Part shown: piece after piece, positions 10,198 through 19,879 of the stretch
Layout of the letters: each line of letters opens with the position of its first letter
Position numbering within the stretch: the first letter of the stretch is position 1
Assembly: GCA_963745075.1 (NCBI GenBank)
Contig: CAVUWV010000009.1
Span: 128,001-192,000 of the forward strand
Reading direction: 5' to 3'
DNA length: 64,000 bases
From: Candidatus Hydrogenedentota bacterium
GTDB lineage: Bacteria > Hydrogenedentota > Hydrogenedentia > Hydrogenedentales > SLHB01
Made by a program: the position numbers and the translations under genes
Notes under the pieces: model-generated
Seen by the model: only the letters and a program-made list of their open reading frames with translations
The model's database searches: none
Told to the model about the DNA's origin: nothing

Positions 10198-10266
10198 CGG
10201 CTTGCGTTATGGCAGCGCGTCGCATGAGCCTTTTGGTTTGCGATTACGGGTATGTAGACTATGCTC

Positions 10267-11166
10267 ATGAATCGGCTGATTGCACTCATCGTCTTCTCGA
10301 CACTTCCCGCCGGCGCGGCAAATCTGTTGCACAATCCGGGGTTCGAGACGCGCGTGGGCGACCTGCCGGCCGAGTGGCACGTATACGTGGAACCGCAGGA
10401 TGGTTCAACGGCCGAACTCTATGGCGCCGACGCGCTCGAGGGGCGCTGGTCCGTCATGCTGCACAATGCGCAGCCCTACGCGAAAGAACCCGCCAACAAC
10501 TGGAGCCAGAACATTCTGGAAGATCTGGCGGGCAAGACGCTGGTGGTTACCGGCAACATCAAGACCGAAGATGCGGCAAGCGCCGCCGTCTGGATCCAGT
10601 GTTTTCGAAAGGATCCGTGGGAGGTGCTTTTGCAGAAAAGCACCGCCGATGCCCAGCCGATAAATGGCGCCAATCCTTGGACGCCGGTTGAAATGCAGGT
10701 CAAGGTGCCTGACGACACCGATTTCGTGGTCCTGCGTTGCGTGTTGATGGGCACCGGGACCGCTTGGTTTGACGCCCTTTCCGTTGACAAGAAAGAGTCC
10801 GCAACCGTGTCGGCTCCGGCCGCGGAAAAGCCGGTCGTGGCCCCCGTGACGCCCACCATGCCGGCTGTGCCTAAACTGCCCGTCGCACCGCAGACTTCTC
10901 CGCCCCCAAGCGATGCAGCGCGAAATGAAATCATCTCGGCGCAGCAGGCCATTCAGCAGGCCAACGAGGCGTTGCGCGAATCGAACCGGGCACTGGCCGA
11001 GCAACTGCAAGCCATGCGCGACCAATTGGAATCCATGCGTAAGCAGCTTCATGACGTTTCGGCCGCGACGAAAGAAGAAGACGACACGGCGACGAAAGGT
11101 TCCAAGCCCGCCGTGCCGCCCCTTATTCCGCATGGTGCGACGGCCGTAGAAAGGGATACGCCCTGA
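10267..11166 (+). CDS. Secreted protein: galactose-binding-like/CBM domain, Pro-rich linker, coiled coil
   Basis: Signal peptide, NLLHNPGFE...GTAWFDALS, C-terminal heptads; start 10261 or 10267. Confidence 0.7.
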   Translation: MNRLIALIVFSTLPAGAANLLHNPGFETRVGDLPAEWHVYVEPQDGSTAELYGADALEGRWSVMLHNAQPYAKEPANNWSQNILEDLAGKTLVVTGNIKTEDAASAAVWIQCFRKDPWEVLLQKSTADAQPINGANPWTPVEMQVKVPDDTDFVVLRCVLMGTGTAWFDALSVDKKESATVSAPAAEKPVVAPVTPTMPAVPKLPVAPQTSPPPSDAARNEIISAQQAIQQANEALRESNRALAEQLQAMRDQLESMRKQLHDVSAATKEEDDTATKGSKPAVPPLIPHGATAVERDTP

Positions 11167-11351
11167 TGGCATTTATGACCAAGCTGGCGATATCGTTGCT
11201 CGCGGGTTTCGCCGCGGCCGGATTCGTTTGGGTTGCGTGGAGCATCATGGAGCGCGTCCGCTCACGCAAGTCCGCGGCTGCGCCGGCGGCCGAGCCGGCA
11301 GATGGCGAGAAGACGCGCAACCAACCGGCAAAGGAACGGCCGAGTGGCTGA
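11166..11351 (+). CDS. Small single-TM protein
   Basis: TGATG coupling with the upstream gene; hydrophobic N-terminus. Confidence 0.6.
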   Translation: MAFMTKLAISLLAGFAAAGFVWVAWSIMERVRSRKSAAAPAAEPADGEKTRNQPAKERPSG

Positions 11352-11370
11352 TCCCGCGTCAGAGAAGTCC

Positions 11371-11541
11371 ATGCCCCGTCCGTATATCGGCATTCATTTC
11401 CAATGCTGCGGTGTTTACGCACGCGTTTACCTCAACCAGAAAGGCGATGCGTACGCGGGCCACTGTCCCCGATGCGCGAAGCCCATCCGCATCAAAGCCG
11501 CGCCCGGCGGCAGCAAATCCCGTTTCTGGACCGCAGGGTGA
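11371..11541 (+). CDS. Small Cys-rich Zn-ribbon protein
   Basis: MPRPYIGIHFQCCGVYARVYLN...YAGHCPRCAKPIRIK; alternative GTG at 11344. Confidence 0.65.
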   Translation: MPRPYIGIHFQCCGVYARVYLNQKGDAYAGHCPRCAKPIRIKAAPGGSKSRFWTAG

Positions 11542-11727
11542 CGAGGTCCCCGAATTGGCGGTGGAACCCTGCAACTTCTTGATTCATAACGCGATGACGG
11601 CGCCGGGCGATCCGATCCGCGCGGGCGTCGAAAGATACGTTGACGGTCCGCCCGTTTAGGTTTACCATGAAGACGCGGAAATGGGATTCGCCACTGCGCT
11701 GACTCGGTTGACAGGGAGGGCAGTGTC

Positions 11728-12189
11728 ATGGCAACCCAGTTGGTCAAAGATTACCTCGATCGAAACTCCGTACCCCACAGCAGCGTTCCGCACCCCCAGA
11801 CCTACACGGCGCAGCGGACCGCCCAAGTAGCCCACATCAAGGGAAGGGAGTTCGCAAAAACCGTCATCGTCAAGGTGGACGGCCGGATTTGCATGGCCGT
11901 GATTCCCGCGCATTGCCACGTCGATCTGACCAAACTGAAGTCGGCCACCGGCGCGAAGCATCTGGATCTCGCGCATGAGGAAGACATCAGGAAACTCTTC
12001 CCCGACTGCGAAACCGGCGCCATGCCGCCCTTCGGCAACCTTTATGGAATGGACGTTCGGGTTCAGGAAGACCTCACCCACGACGCCCAAATCGCCTTCA
12101 ACGCGGGCACCCACACGGAACTTATCCGCATGAGCTACCGCGACTTCGCGAATCTCGTGCACCCGGAGGTGGCGAATTTCGCGTCGTGA
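11728..12189 (+). CDS. YbaK/EbsC aminoacyl-tRNA deacylase family protein
   Basis: AKTVIVK, DCETGAMPPFG, IAFNAGTHTE; GGAGG SD. Confidence 0.92.
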   Translation: MATQLVKDYLDRNSVPHSSVPHPQTYTAQRTAQVAHIKGREFAKTVIVKVDGRICMAVIPAHCHVDLTKLKSATGAKHLDLAHEEDIRKLFPDCETGAMPPFGNLYGMDVRVQEDLTHDAQIAFNAGTHTELIRMSYRDFANLVHPEVANFAS

Positions 12190-12254
12190 TCTTGCGCCGG
12201 CGGATTGCGACATCGTCTGTACTGCACGAAGCACTCAGCTTCCGTGTGTGCCGT

Positions 12255-15034
12255 TCACAACCCGAGCGAAACCACGCCGAAGTACCCTAGCGGGGCGTAG
12301 GCGGCACTCGATCCGAAGCGAATGTGGCCGGGCGTACCCATGACCTGAACGAGTTCCTCGAAGGTTGGTTTGGCCGAGCAATCGTAGCGAGCGAGCGCGC
12401 CGCCGCCCACGGTCAGGTACGCGCTGGTTCCGTTGGCGTCCACGAGGTTGGCCCAGTCTTCTGTGACGAGTGTACTTTGCCCGAGCGTCAGGTCGCCGTT
12501 CGCGGCGACCGTTGCCGTATACAGCCGCGTTCCGTTGTCGTACGCGTCGAGGAAGATCTTCGGGCCGCGTCCGAGAATGTTTGCGCTGCCGTCCGGCAGA
12601 GTCAGGCTGTCCAGCTTGGTGATGTCCTCCCCTCCGGGCCACGACACCGTGTTCAACGTGCTCGAATAGTCGTAATTCCGATCCCATTGGTCGTCGCGCA
12701 ACGTCAATACCTGCATCGCCGGATCGTATTGAAGGAAGATTCCCGGGACGTTCACCGTCGGGCCGTTTGCACTCGTCGCGGGGTCGAACGCCGTGACGAA
12801 GTACGCGCACATCGGGTCGCTCATTGGATTGAACGAATCAACGCCCACCTTACTCGCGATGTACAGGGTATCGGCGGTCTTATGGACCGACACGATTTGT
12901 TCGAAGCCAAGACCGATTGTTGACGTCCACGCCGGTTTCGACAGATCGACGACCGCGAGTCCTTCGTACGGCGCTTCGCCGCCGATCACAGCGTCATACG
13001 AATTCGCCGTGCACCGCAACACCAGCCGATCGCCGACGAGGTACGCGGACCCCTGCTGTCGGATGGGGTACCAGGGCGCAATCAGCGAATCGGTCGCGGC
13101 GACGCCGCCCCTGTCCACTAGCGGCAGGTACGGTCCCCACCACCAGTAACCGTAATACGGCGACACGTTAACATCCACAGTCGCGTCGACCACCGGTACG
13201 TTCGGATCGGAGAAATCGACGATGGCCACTTTGTACGCGGGTTGGCTGTCCCACGTCGCACCAACCAGGATTACCGAGGACCCGTAAGGGAATGCGTCGA
13301 CCAGTTCGCCAATCGCCACTTCCACCTCGCCCGCCACGTTCTTGAGCGGCAAGTCGCGCCGGCGCGCAATGGTCATTCCGGTGTCGTACCGCGTGACCAC
13401 TTCAACACCGAGGCTCGATGAAAGCTCAACGAAGTCGGCTACGTTCTCCGCCAGCACAATTTGATTGACGACTTGCGGCGCATTGCGATCCGACCCATCG
13501 ATCTTCGCCAACTGCTCGTTGGTCACGCCGTAATAAAAGTTGTTGTATTCGAAGGAACGCAGGACCGTGCCCTGCACGTCGACGGCGCCGTTCTTCGTCA
13601 AACTGGTCGCATCGTAGGAGACGAACTGCAATCGGTCGAATCCGCCGAAGTCTTCTTCCCAACCGGAGAACGGCACGATGACGAGGTCGTCCAGCACGGT
13701 CAGCGACTTCACGTCGCCGTACGCGCTCGACCAACTCCAGTTTTGTCCGAAGCTCACCCGGTCCAGCAGCGCCGGGTTCGCCGGGTCCGCCACGTCGAAC
13801 AGGCTCACGCTGACCCGGCGGCCGTTGGTGTCGTCCACGCCAAGCGTCAAGAGCCGGTCACCCATGGGCTCGATATAGGTCGACCAACCCGGCACTTCGA
13901 GTTCGCCTTCGATGCTCGGGTTCATGGGATCGGACAGATCGACGATAAAGAGGGGATCGACTTGGAAATAGGTCACCACGTATGCGCGTGGCCCGTCGAA
14001 CCGCGTCGCAAACAGCGAATCGCCACGGGCCCGCTCGAATTCCAATTCCGCAAATTCCTTCAGATCGTTCGGATTGAGAAACATCCACGGTCGTGACAAA
14101 ATCTTCCGTTCATCATCCCATGCGCTGGACACGACCCGTAGTACCAGTTCCACACGTCCATCTTGAACTTGTCCGCCACTTGTCCCGGCACGGATACGTT
14201 GTCCCGCAATTGCATAGCGCCGGAAGGATCGCTGATGTCCACGCAAGTAATCAGCGTTGTATCCGTCTGCCAATCGCTCGCTGCCACGTAAATCGCATTC
14301 GTGGTGACATGAATGACATCCCCGATCGCCGAGAACGAGATTTGGTCCGCCTGATAGATATCACCGGGATCCGCGATGTTGATGCTGGTCACCCACGATC
14401 CGGAGGTCTGCGCCTTGACCACGGTCCCGCCACCGCTTCCGGTTACCGTGCCGCCTCCAGTAACGCCGCCTTCGATCCAATACCATTGATAATCCGCGCC
14501 CACGGCGTACAACACATCGCCCACGAGACGGCTGTCGACCAGGTCGCCCTCCAACTCATGGGAGCCGAGGATCGAAGCATTTTCGGGCTGCGACACATCG
14601 ACCACGTACAACCGGGACTGGATGTCGTACGAGATTGTATCGTCCTTCACCTCAAACCCTGCCGCATAGGCCACCAGCACATACGCCCGGTCGCCGACGA
14701 GGTACAAATCCCGCGGGTAGCCGTACGTCGGAACCTGGGCCACGAGTTCCTCGGTCGTCAGGTCCACAAGGGTCAGACCGCGATATTGGTTAAGCACGTA
14801 AAGAAGATCGCCGTCTTGCCGGATGACATCCGGTTCCACGATTTCCCGCTGCGGCTCGACCAAACTGTCCTGGTTGGCCCCGCCTACAGCGGCCGTGGCC
14901 AGGAAATTGCCCCACCGTGACCCGCCCTGAAGGTCTGCGCTCGTATACTGGAACTTGCGCGGGCTCAACCAAGGACACCCGACGCCGGCTACGATCAGGA
15001 TGGTTACCCCAAGAACTGGCAAGTACTTACGCAT
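12255..15034 (-). CDS. Beta-propeller domain lipoprotein (Beta_propel/YncE-like), frameshifted around 14075-14150
   Basis: Lipobox VGC; EPDVIRQDGD, DKFKMD..VLRVVS, ATRFDGPRAYVVTYFQVDPLFIVDLSDP..GELEVPGWSTYI; split over ORFs 14060-15034 and 12255-14273. Confidence 0.8.
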
Positions 15035-15109
15035 GATGCACCCCGCTGCGTGCGTTCCGCTGCACCGTCCGCGAACGCGAGTTTGGACTGGTCAAGGCCC
15101 CGAACCCTC

Positions 15110-15134
15110 AAAAAGGGGCGCAGGCACACCCCTT
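15110..15134 (-). terminator. Intrinsic terminator-like hairpin in the 5' leader of the beta-propeller gene
   Basis: Minus strand AAGGGGTGT-GCCT-GCGCCCCTT followed by TTT. Confidence 0.5.
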
Positions 15135-15314
15135 CATCTAATTGTACTCCTTCGGAAGGTCGTCGTTACCAGGATCGTGTGCTGAGGCCGGTGGCTTGCC
15201 GCTCACCTGCTTTCCGTCAGCACCGTTATTCTCTGCGCATGCTGTATCGATCGGCCGGCTTCGGAACATATTCGCGGGATTTCGTATATTCTTGGGTCCG
15301 CGTCGACATACAGA

Positions 15315-18300
15315 ATGAAATCATTGAAGCCGCACGTGGACGTGACCATGTACTCGACTGAACTGGACACAAACCTCCTGCACTCTTGGCGGACCCGCCG
15401 CGATCCCGACGCCTTTGCGGAATTGGTGACGCGGTACGGGCCGTTGGTCTATTCCGCGTGTCTCCGCGTCGTTCGCGACGCGCCGACAGCAGAAGACGTT
15501 GCACAAGAGTGTTTTGTGGAACTCTTGCAGACCGACCGGCGTGTACATTCGCTTCCGGGGTGGTTGCACACCATGGCCACCCGCCGCGGACTGGATCGGT
15601 TGAAAATGGAGCGACGCCGCATGGAACGGGAAGGGCGGTATGCGGGACAGCATCCCGCCTCCGTTCATCCCCAGTGGGACGACATCAGTCAATACGTCGA
15701 CGAAGCCATTGAAACACTTCCCGAGAAGATTAGGGGTCCCATCGTTCTGCGATTCCTGCAAGCACGGAGCTACGCGCAGCTCGCGTCCGAATTGGGAGTC
15801 CCGGCGTCCACGATCCAATACCGTTTGAATCAAGGCATCGACCGCATTCGCCGTCATCTCATCCGGCGCGGTATTCCCGTCGCTGGAGTTTCGCTTGTAG
15901 CCATGCTTAGTGCGGCGCCCGCTCACGCCTTGCCGGTTGCCGTTTCGGGCAACGTGGGCAAGATAGCCTTGTCAGGCGTCGCGACCGGGACTGTCTCAAC
16001 TGCTGCTGGACTCCAATCCGCACTTACGCTCGGAGGATTGCTTGCCGTGAAGAAGCTCGCTGCTGTCGTCATTGTGCTTGTCGCGCTTTCGTTCACCGCG
16101 GTTTATATCGTCACGCGGGACGCAACCAGACCGCCAGTGCAGAACACTGTGTCGCAAGAGACTACGCGGACTGAAAATACTGCACCGATCGTGCAAGACG
16201 TCTCCCCGGACGCGGCATCTCCGGCACCGTCTAACGAGGCAGGGGATGCAGATGTCGAAGTTTCCGGTGTGGTGGTGGACAACGACGGCAACGCCATGCC
16301 GGACGCCCTCGTCAAGGCAACGTGGCCAACCGGTTCGGGGTCGGTCCACACCGATGACGATGGCCATTTTCGTTTCACCTTTCCATCGGATTTCACGTCG
16401 GATGGACCGCTAACCTTCAACCGCCGCGTTTCCCACGGTGAACGAACGTCAACCTACACATTTCAGGGCGCTGTTACCGGCGATAACCTCTCCGGCGTGA
16501 TCGAAACGGGCTCCGGCAATGTGCGCGTCACGGGTGAACGTGTCGGGCACGGTAACGGCGCGATTGGCGTCTGGACCACGCTCATCACCCGTGGTGGTGA
16601 ACAATTTCCGGGAACGCTTACCCTTGCCGCAAATGGTCTCGCACGACTGACGGGGATCTGGGTCGATTCGTACGGTTCTCCCAATATTTCGGACGCAGGC
16701 GTGCCCGAAATCGTCACGTTCACCGCTACGCTCAATCAACTTAAAGCCTTTCCAGAGGATTTTGAAATCCCCGCACAGGGGCGCAATGACATTACCCTCG
16801 CCATGGACCTGACCGCATCGGTTAGCGGCAAAATCGTTGATACGAAGGATGTTCCACAACCTGACTGGGACGTGTTCATGCGCATGCAGAGTGAAGAGCG
16901 CTTGGCAGGCGAGAAGAGTGATGAAACTGGTCAATTTGCCTTTGCCGGGCTTGCGCCGGGTGAGTACCAACTGTTCGCCACTAACTCCACGACTGATGCG
17001 GCGGTCCAATACGCCGAAGGCCCGATCACGCTTCGCCCGGGTGACGAGATCGTAGGGATAACATTGGTTTGGGGACTCGGCTTGAACATTGTTGGCCACG
17101 TAACCGGCGAGGACGGTCAACCCATTGCAGGTGCGCGTGTTGAATCGTGGTTTGACCGCGCGGCCATTGGCGAGGGCAGCGTCTACCTTCCCCCCGAAAG
17201 TCAGACGGATGCGTCGGGCCGCTATGAACTGGCCGGTTTTCCCGAATTGGCGGGGTTGGAGGTAAATCTCGGGATCAACCATGAGGAGTATCTTCGGGCA
17301 AGTCGATACGGTGTGCGACTTGATGGTCACGAACAGGATTTCGTTCTTGTCGAAAAGCCGACCATTGAAGGACGCGTCGTCGACGCTGTTTCCGGCGACC
17401 CCATCACCCGCTACCGGATCAGAAGTTGGATTGGACAAGGAACGGCACCTGGCCACCGTGACGAAGATTATCTCCGAGGTACGTCACGCAGTTCTCTTGA
17501 GGATCACCCAGGCGGAGTATTCTCCTTCCGCCCAGATGGATACAACAGTGTACATATCGGCGTATCAGCGCCAGGATACCTCTCCGGCCTACAGACCGTC
17601 CCTGCGGTTGAACCGGGTGCAACCGTTCAAGATGTAGAAATACGCCTCAAGCGGACGGAACCAATACGAGGAACGGTTGTGGATATATCCGGGAAACCTA
17701 TATCCGAAGCTCGGATTTTCCTCGGGTATCCCTTAATGGTTGACGGATATATCGCAGTCGGAGGCGCGGGAGGGGTGGCCAATTCGGACGACGAAGGCAA
17801 GTTTACCATTACGGAATTCCCGCCATCCTTATCGGTCGTCTCCGCGTATCGAGAGGGCTACGCCCCTACTTGGACGGAGATTTCGTCACCCTCTTCGCCT
17901 CTAACGATTACGCTGACGGGAGGGGCGTCAGTCGAAGGCATCGTGACGTATGGTGGCGTTCCTTTGGACGACGCGCGCTTCTATGTGAACGCTAATATCG
18001 GGGAGACTGTCACCATGCAGACAGAGACCGGGAAGGGAGGAGCGTACTCACTCAAGAATGTTCCGACCGGTTCTGTCGCGGTGGTCGCCAGTTTTCACGA
18101 GGGTGGACTGTCCCGATGGATAAATCGCACCGTGACGATACATGATGGTCAGACCCTTCACGAGGACTTCGATTTTGGCGACGCCTACGACTCCTACGTC
18201 GAGGGTGTTCTCCTGCTCAACGGTACCCCCGTTCCCGTTTCCCTTCTCCGGGCCATCGTAACACGTACCAATGGCGACACCATCGCTTACCAAACCCAGA

Positions 18301-18533
18301 CCCGCGATGACGGCTCCTTCACGTTGGGCCCAATCCCCGCCACGACCTTGCAGTTTGGCGCCTACTTGACAGATGCCAGGACATCGTTCAGTGGTTTTGG
18401 TGCCAAGACATCGTTCAGTGGCGAAGCATCATGTTTGGCTCGTGAGCGACGATGTGCTCTCTCCAAGAAAGGGAGGAGCACATGGACGAGCAAGAAGAAT
18501 GGCGTCGAAGACGAGCGGTACAACGGTATTTGA
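15315..18533 (+). CDS. ECF sigma factor fused to a TM helix and extracytoplasmic carboxypeptidase-regulatory-like repeats; native C-terminus replaced by IS481 sequence
   Basis: DAFAELVTRYGPLVY, AEDVAQECF, GWLHT, sigma4 HTH; TM helix; repeated SGxVVDxxGxPxxxA motifs; last 54 aa derive from the IS. Confidence 0.9.
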   Translation: MKSLKPHVDVTMYSTELDTNLLHSWRTRRDPDAFAELVTRYGPLVYSACLRVVRDAPTAEDVAQECFVELLQTDRRVHSLPGWLHTMATRRGLDRLKMERRRMEREGRYAGQHPASVHPQWDDISQYVDEAIETLPEKIRGPIVLRFLQARSYAQLASELGVPASTIQYRLNQGIDRIRRHLIRRGIPVAGVSLVAMLSAAPAHALPVAVSGNVGKIALSGVATGTVSTAAGLQSALTLGGLLAVKKLAAVVIVLVALSFTAVYIVTRDATRPPVQNTVSQETTRTENTAPIVQDVSPDAASPAPSNEAGDADVEVSGVVVDNDGNAMPDALVKATWPTGSGSVHTDDDGHFRFTFPSDFTSDGPLTFNRRVSHGERTSTYTFQGAVTGDNLSGVIETGSGNVRVTGERVGHGNGAIGVWTTLITRGGEQFPGTLTLAANGLARLTGIWVDSYGSPNISDAGVPEIVTFTATLNQLKAFPEDFEIPAQGRNDITLAMDLTASVSGKIVDTKDVPQPDWDVFMRMQSEERLAGEKSDETGQFAFAGLAPGEYQLFATNSTTDAAVQYAEGPITLRPGDEIVGITLVWGLGLNIVGHVTGEDGQPIAGARVESWFDRAAIGEGSVYLPPESQTDASGRYELAGFPELAGLEVNLGINHEEYLRASRYGVRLDGHEQDFVLVEKPTIEGRVVDAVSGDPITRYRIRSWIGQGTAPGHRDEDYLRGTSRSSLEDHPGGVFSFRPDGYNSVHIGVSAPGYLSGLQTVPAVEPGATVQDVEIRLKRTEPIRGTVVDISGKPISEARIFLGYPLMVDGYIAVGGAGGVANSDDEGKFTITEFPPSLSVVSAYREGYAPTWTEISSPSSPLTITLTGGASVEGIVTYGGVPLDDARFYVNANIGETVTMQTETGKGGAYSLKNVPTGSVAVVASFHEGGLSRWINRTVTIHDGQTLHEDFDFGDAYDSYVEGVLLLNGTPVPVSLLRAIVTRTNGDTIAYQTQTRDDGSFTLGPIPATTLQFGAYLTDARTSFSGFGAKTSFSGEASCLARERRCALSKKGRSTWTSKKNGVEDERYNGI
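18374..18421 (+). repeat. Tandem internal repeats at the IS left end
   Basis: TGCCA(G/A)GACATCGTTCAGTGG twice, 27-nt period. Confidence 0.9.
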
Positions 18534-19648
18534 AGGGAGAGAAAGCCCAAACGATATGCACGTGTCTTGGGCGGACGGGGAGATGGCTCTACAAATGGCT
18601 GGAGCGGTACCAAACAGGCGAAGCGGAATGGTATCGGGAGCATTCGCGCAGGCCGATTCGATCGCCCTCGCGAACGCCCGCCGAACTCGAGGAAATTGTG
18701 AAGCATGTGCGGCTGCAATTGTACAACCGGGGCGAGTTTTGCGGAGCGCAGGCGATTCGCTGGCAAATCGAGGAGGAAGGGATAGAGCCGCTTCCCAGCA
18801 TTCGGACCATCGGACGCATCCTCGCTCGCCTTGGCCTCACCCATCGGCGCACGGGGCGCTACGAACCCAAGGGGAAAAGCTATCCGGCCTTGGATGCGCC
18901 TCGTCCCGGTTTCGTGCATCAAAGCGACTTCGTGGGGCCGTGCTATCTCCGGACACCCATCCGTTTCTACAGCCTGAACAGCGTCGACCTCGCCACCGGG
19001 CGCTGTGCCGTCGAGCCGGTTTTGGGCGGCAAAGACACCGTAGTGGATGCCTTGTGGGCGACTTGGCTGCGTTTGGGCTTCCCGAAGTACCAACAAGTGG
19101 ACAACGAGGCCGTATTCTACGGCAGTCCCAGGCATCCGCGCGGCATGGGCAAGCTCATCCGACTGTGCTTGCCCCTGGGGATCGAGCCGTGCTTCATCCC
19201 CTTGGCCGAGCCTTGGCGCAACGGCGTGGTCGAGAAGTTCAACGACCATTGGCGACAGAAGCTCTTGGGGCGGGTCATCATGGAATGCGAAGAGGATCTC
19301 AAGCGGGAGAGTCTGGCCTTCGAGCAACGCCACAACCTCCGCTATCGATACACCAAGCTCAATGGCAAGACCCCCATGGAGGCCTTGGCGGCTACCAACA
19401 AACCGCTGCGATTCCCCCGCAAGGAACGGCCACCCAAACTCCCTTTGTCCAAACCCGAGGCCGGATGCTATCACGTCATTCGGTTCATCCGCAGCGACGC
19501 CGTCTTCAACCTCTTCGGGGAACAGTTCTCGATGCCCTCCGAGGCTATCTACGAATATGTGTGGGCCACCGTGGACGTTTCCAGGCAGCGGCTCTTGCTG
19601 TATCTCGACGGCGAAGCAATCGACGAACGTCCATACCCGCTACGCTGA
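18482..19648 (+). CDS. IS481-family DDE transposase
   Basis: GGAGG SD; HTH with WLYKWLERY, SRRPIRSP; DDE residues in HQSDF, QVDNE, NGVVEKFN. Confidence 0.92.
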   Translation: MDEQEEWRRRRAVQRYLKGEKAQTICTCLGRTGRWLYKWLERYQTGEAEWYREHSRRPIRSPSRTPAELEEIVKHVRLQLYNRGEFCGAQAIRWQIEEEGIEPLPSIRTIGRILARLGLTHRRTGRYEPKGKSYPALDAPRPGFVHQSDFVGPCYLRTPIRFYSLNSVDLATGRCAVEPVLGGKDTVVDALWATWLRLGFPKYQQVDNEAVFYGSPRHPRGMGKLIRLCLPLGIEPCFIPLAEPWRNGVVEKFNDHWRQKLLGRVIMECEEDLKRESLAFEQRHNLRYRYTKLNGKTPMEALAATNKPLRFPRKERPPKLPLSKPEAGCYHVIRFIRSDAVFNLFGEQFSMPSEAIYEYVWATVDVSRQRLLLYLDGEAIDERPYPLR

Positions 19649-19660
19649 CCGGAAAAGCGT

Positions 19661-19811
19661 TTTCTGAGGCATGGGAGGTCTATCATCCGATGTTCAGAAA
19701 GGAGATGGGGAGCCTGTACGCTCCCCATCCCAACCCATCGTCTGATGAGCCTCACCGGGCTATCCCTCGGCGGGGTGCTCGCCAGCAAGAACCGCTTCCG
19801 TTTCACCCGGC
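19661..19811. ncRNA. Putative structured RNA in the IS 3' non-coding segment
   Basis: Four consecutive stem-loop elements seen by eye, including a perfect 10-bp GATGGGGAGC/GCTCCCCATC stem. Confidence 0.4.
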
Positions 19812-19833
19812 ACTGGCAGCTTATCATGCAAAT

Positions 19834-19879
19834 ACTGAACGATGTCCTGGCATATATTTCACTGAACGATGTGGTGGCA
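19834..19879 (-). repeat. Tandem internal repeats at the IS right end
   Basis: ACTGAACGATGT(CC/GG)TGGCA twice, 27-nt period, inverted relative to the left end. Confidence 0.9.

Noticed and set aside
18361..18368. 8-bp TSD CCTACTTG
   Set aside because: The TG is better assigned to the IS left tip: a 6-bp TSD gives equal-length aligned IRs and fits IS481
18374..18421. CRISPR-like direct repeats
   Set aside because: Only two copies with ~6-nt spacing, mirrored at the other IS end; no cas genes
19775..19795. Minus-strand CTTGCT and TGGCG in the IS RNA matching the insertion-site flanks (guide-like)
   Set aside because: 5-6-nt matches are expected by chance in this length; only multi-copy covariation could rescue it
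19742..19810. Hammerhead ribozyme core (CTGATGAG) in the IS 3' region
   Set aside because: No properly placed GAAA and stem II/III arrangement on that strand
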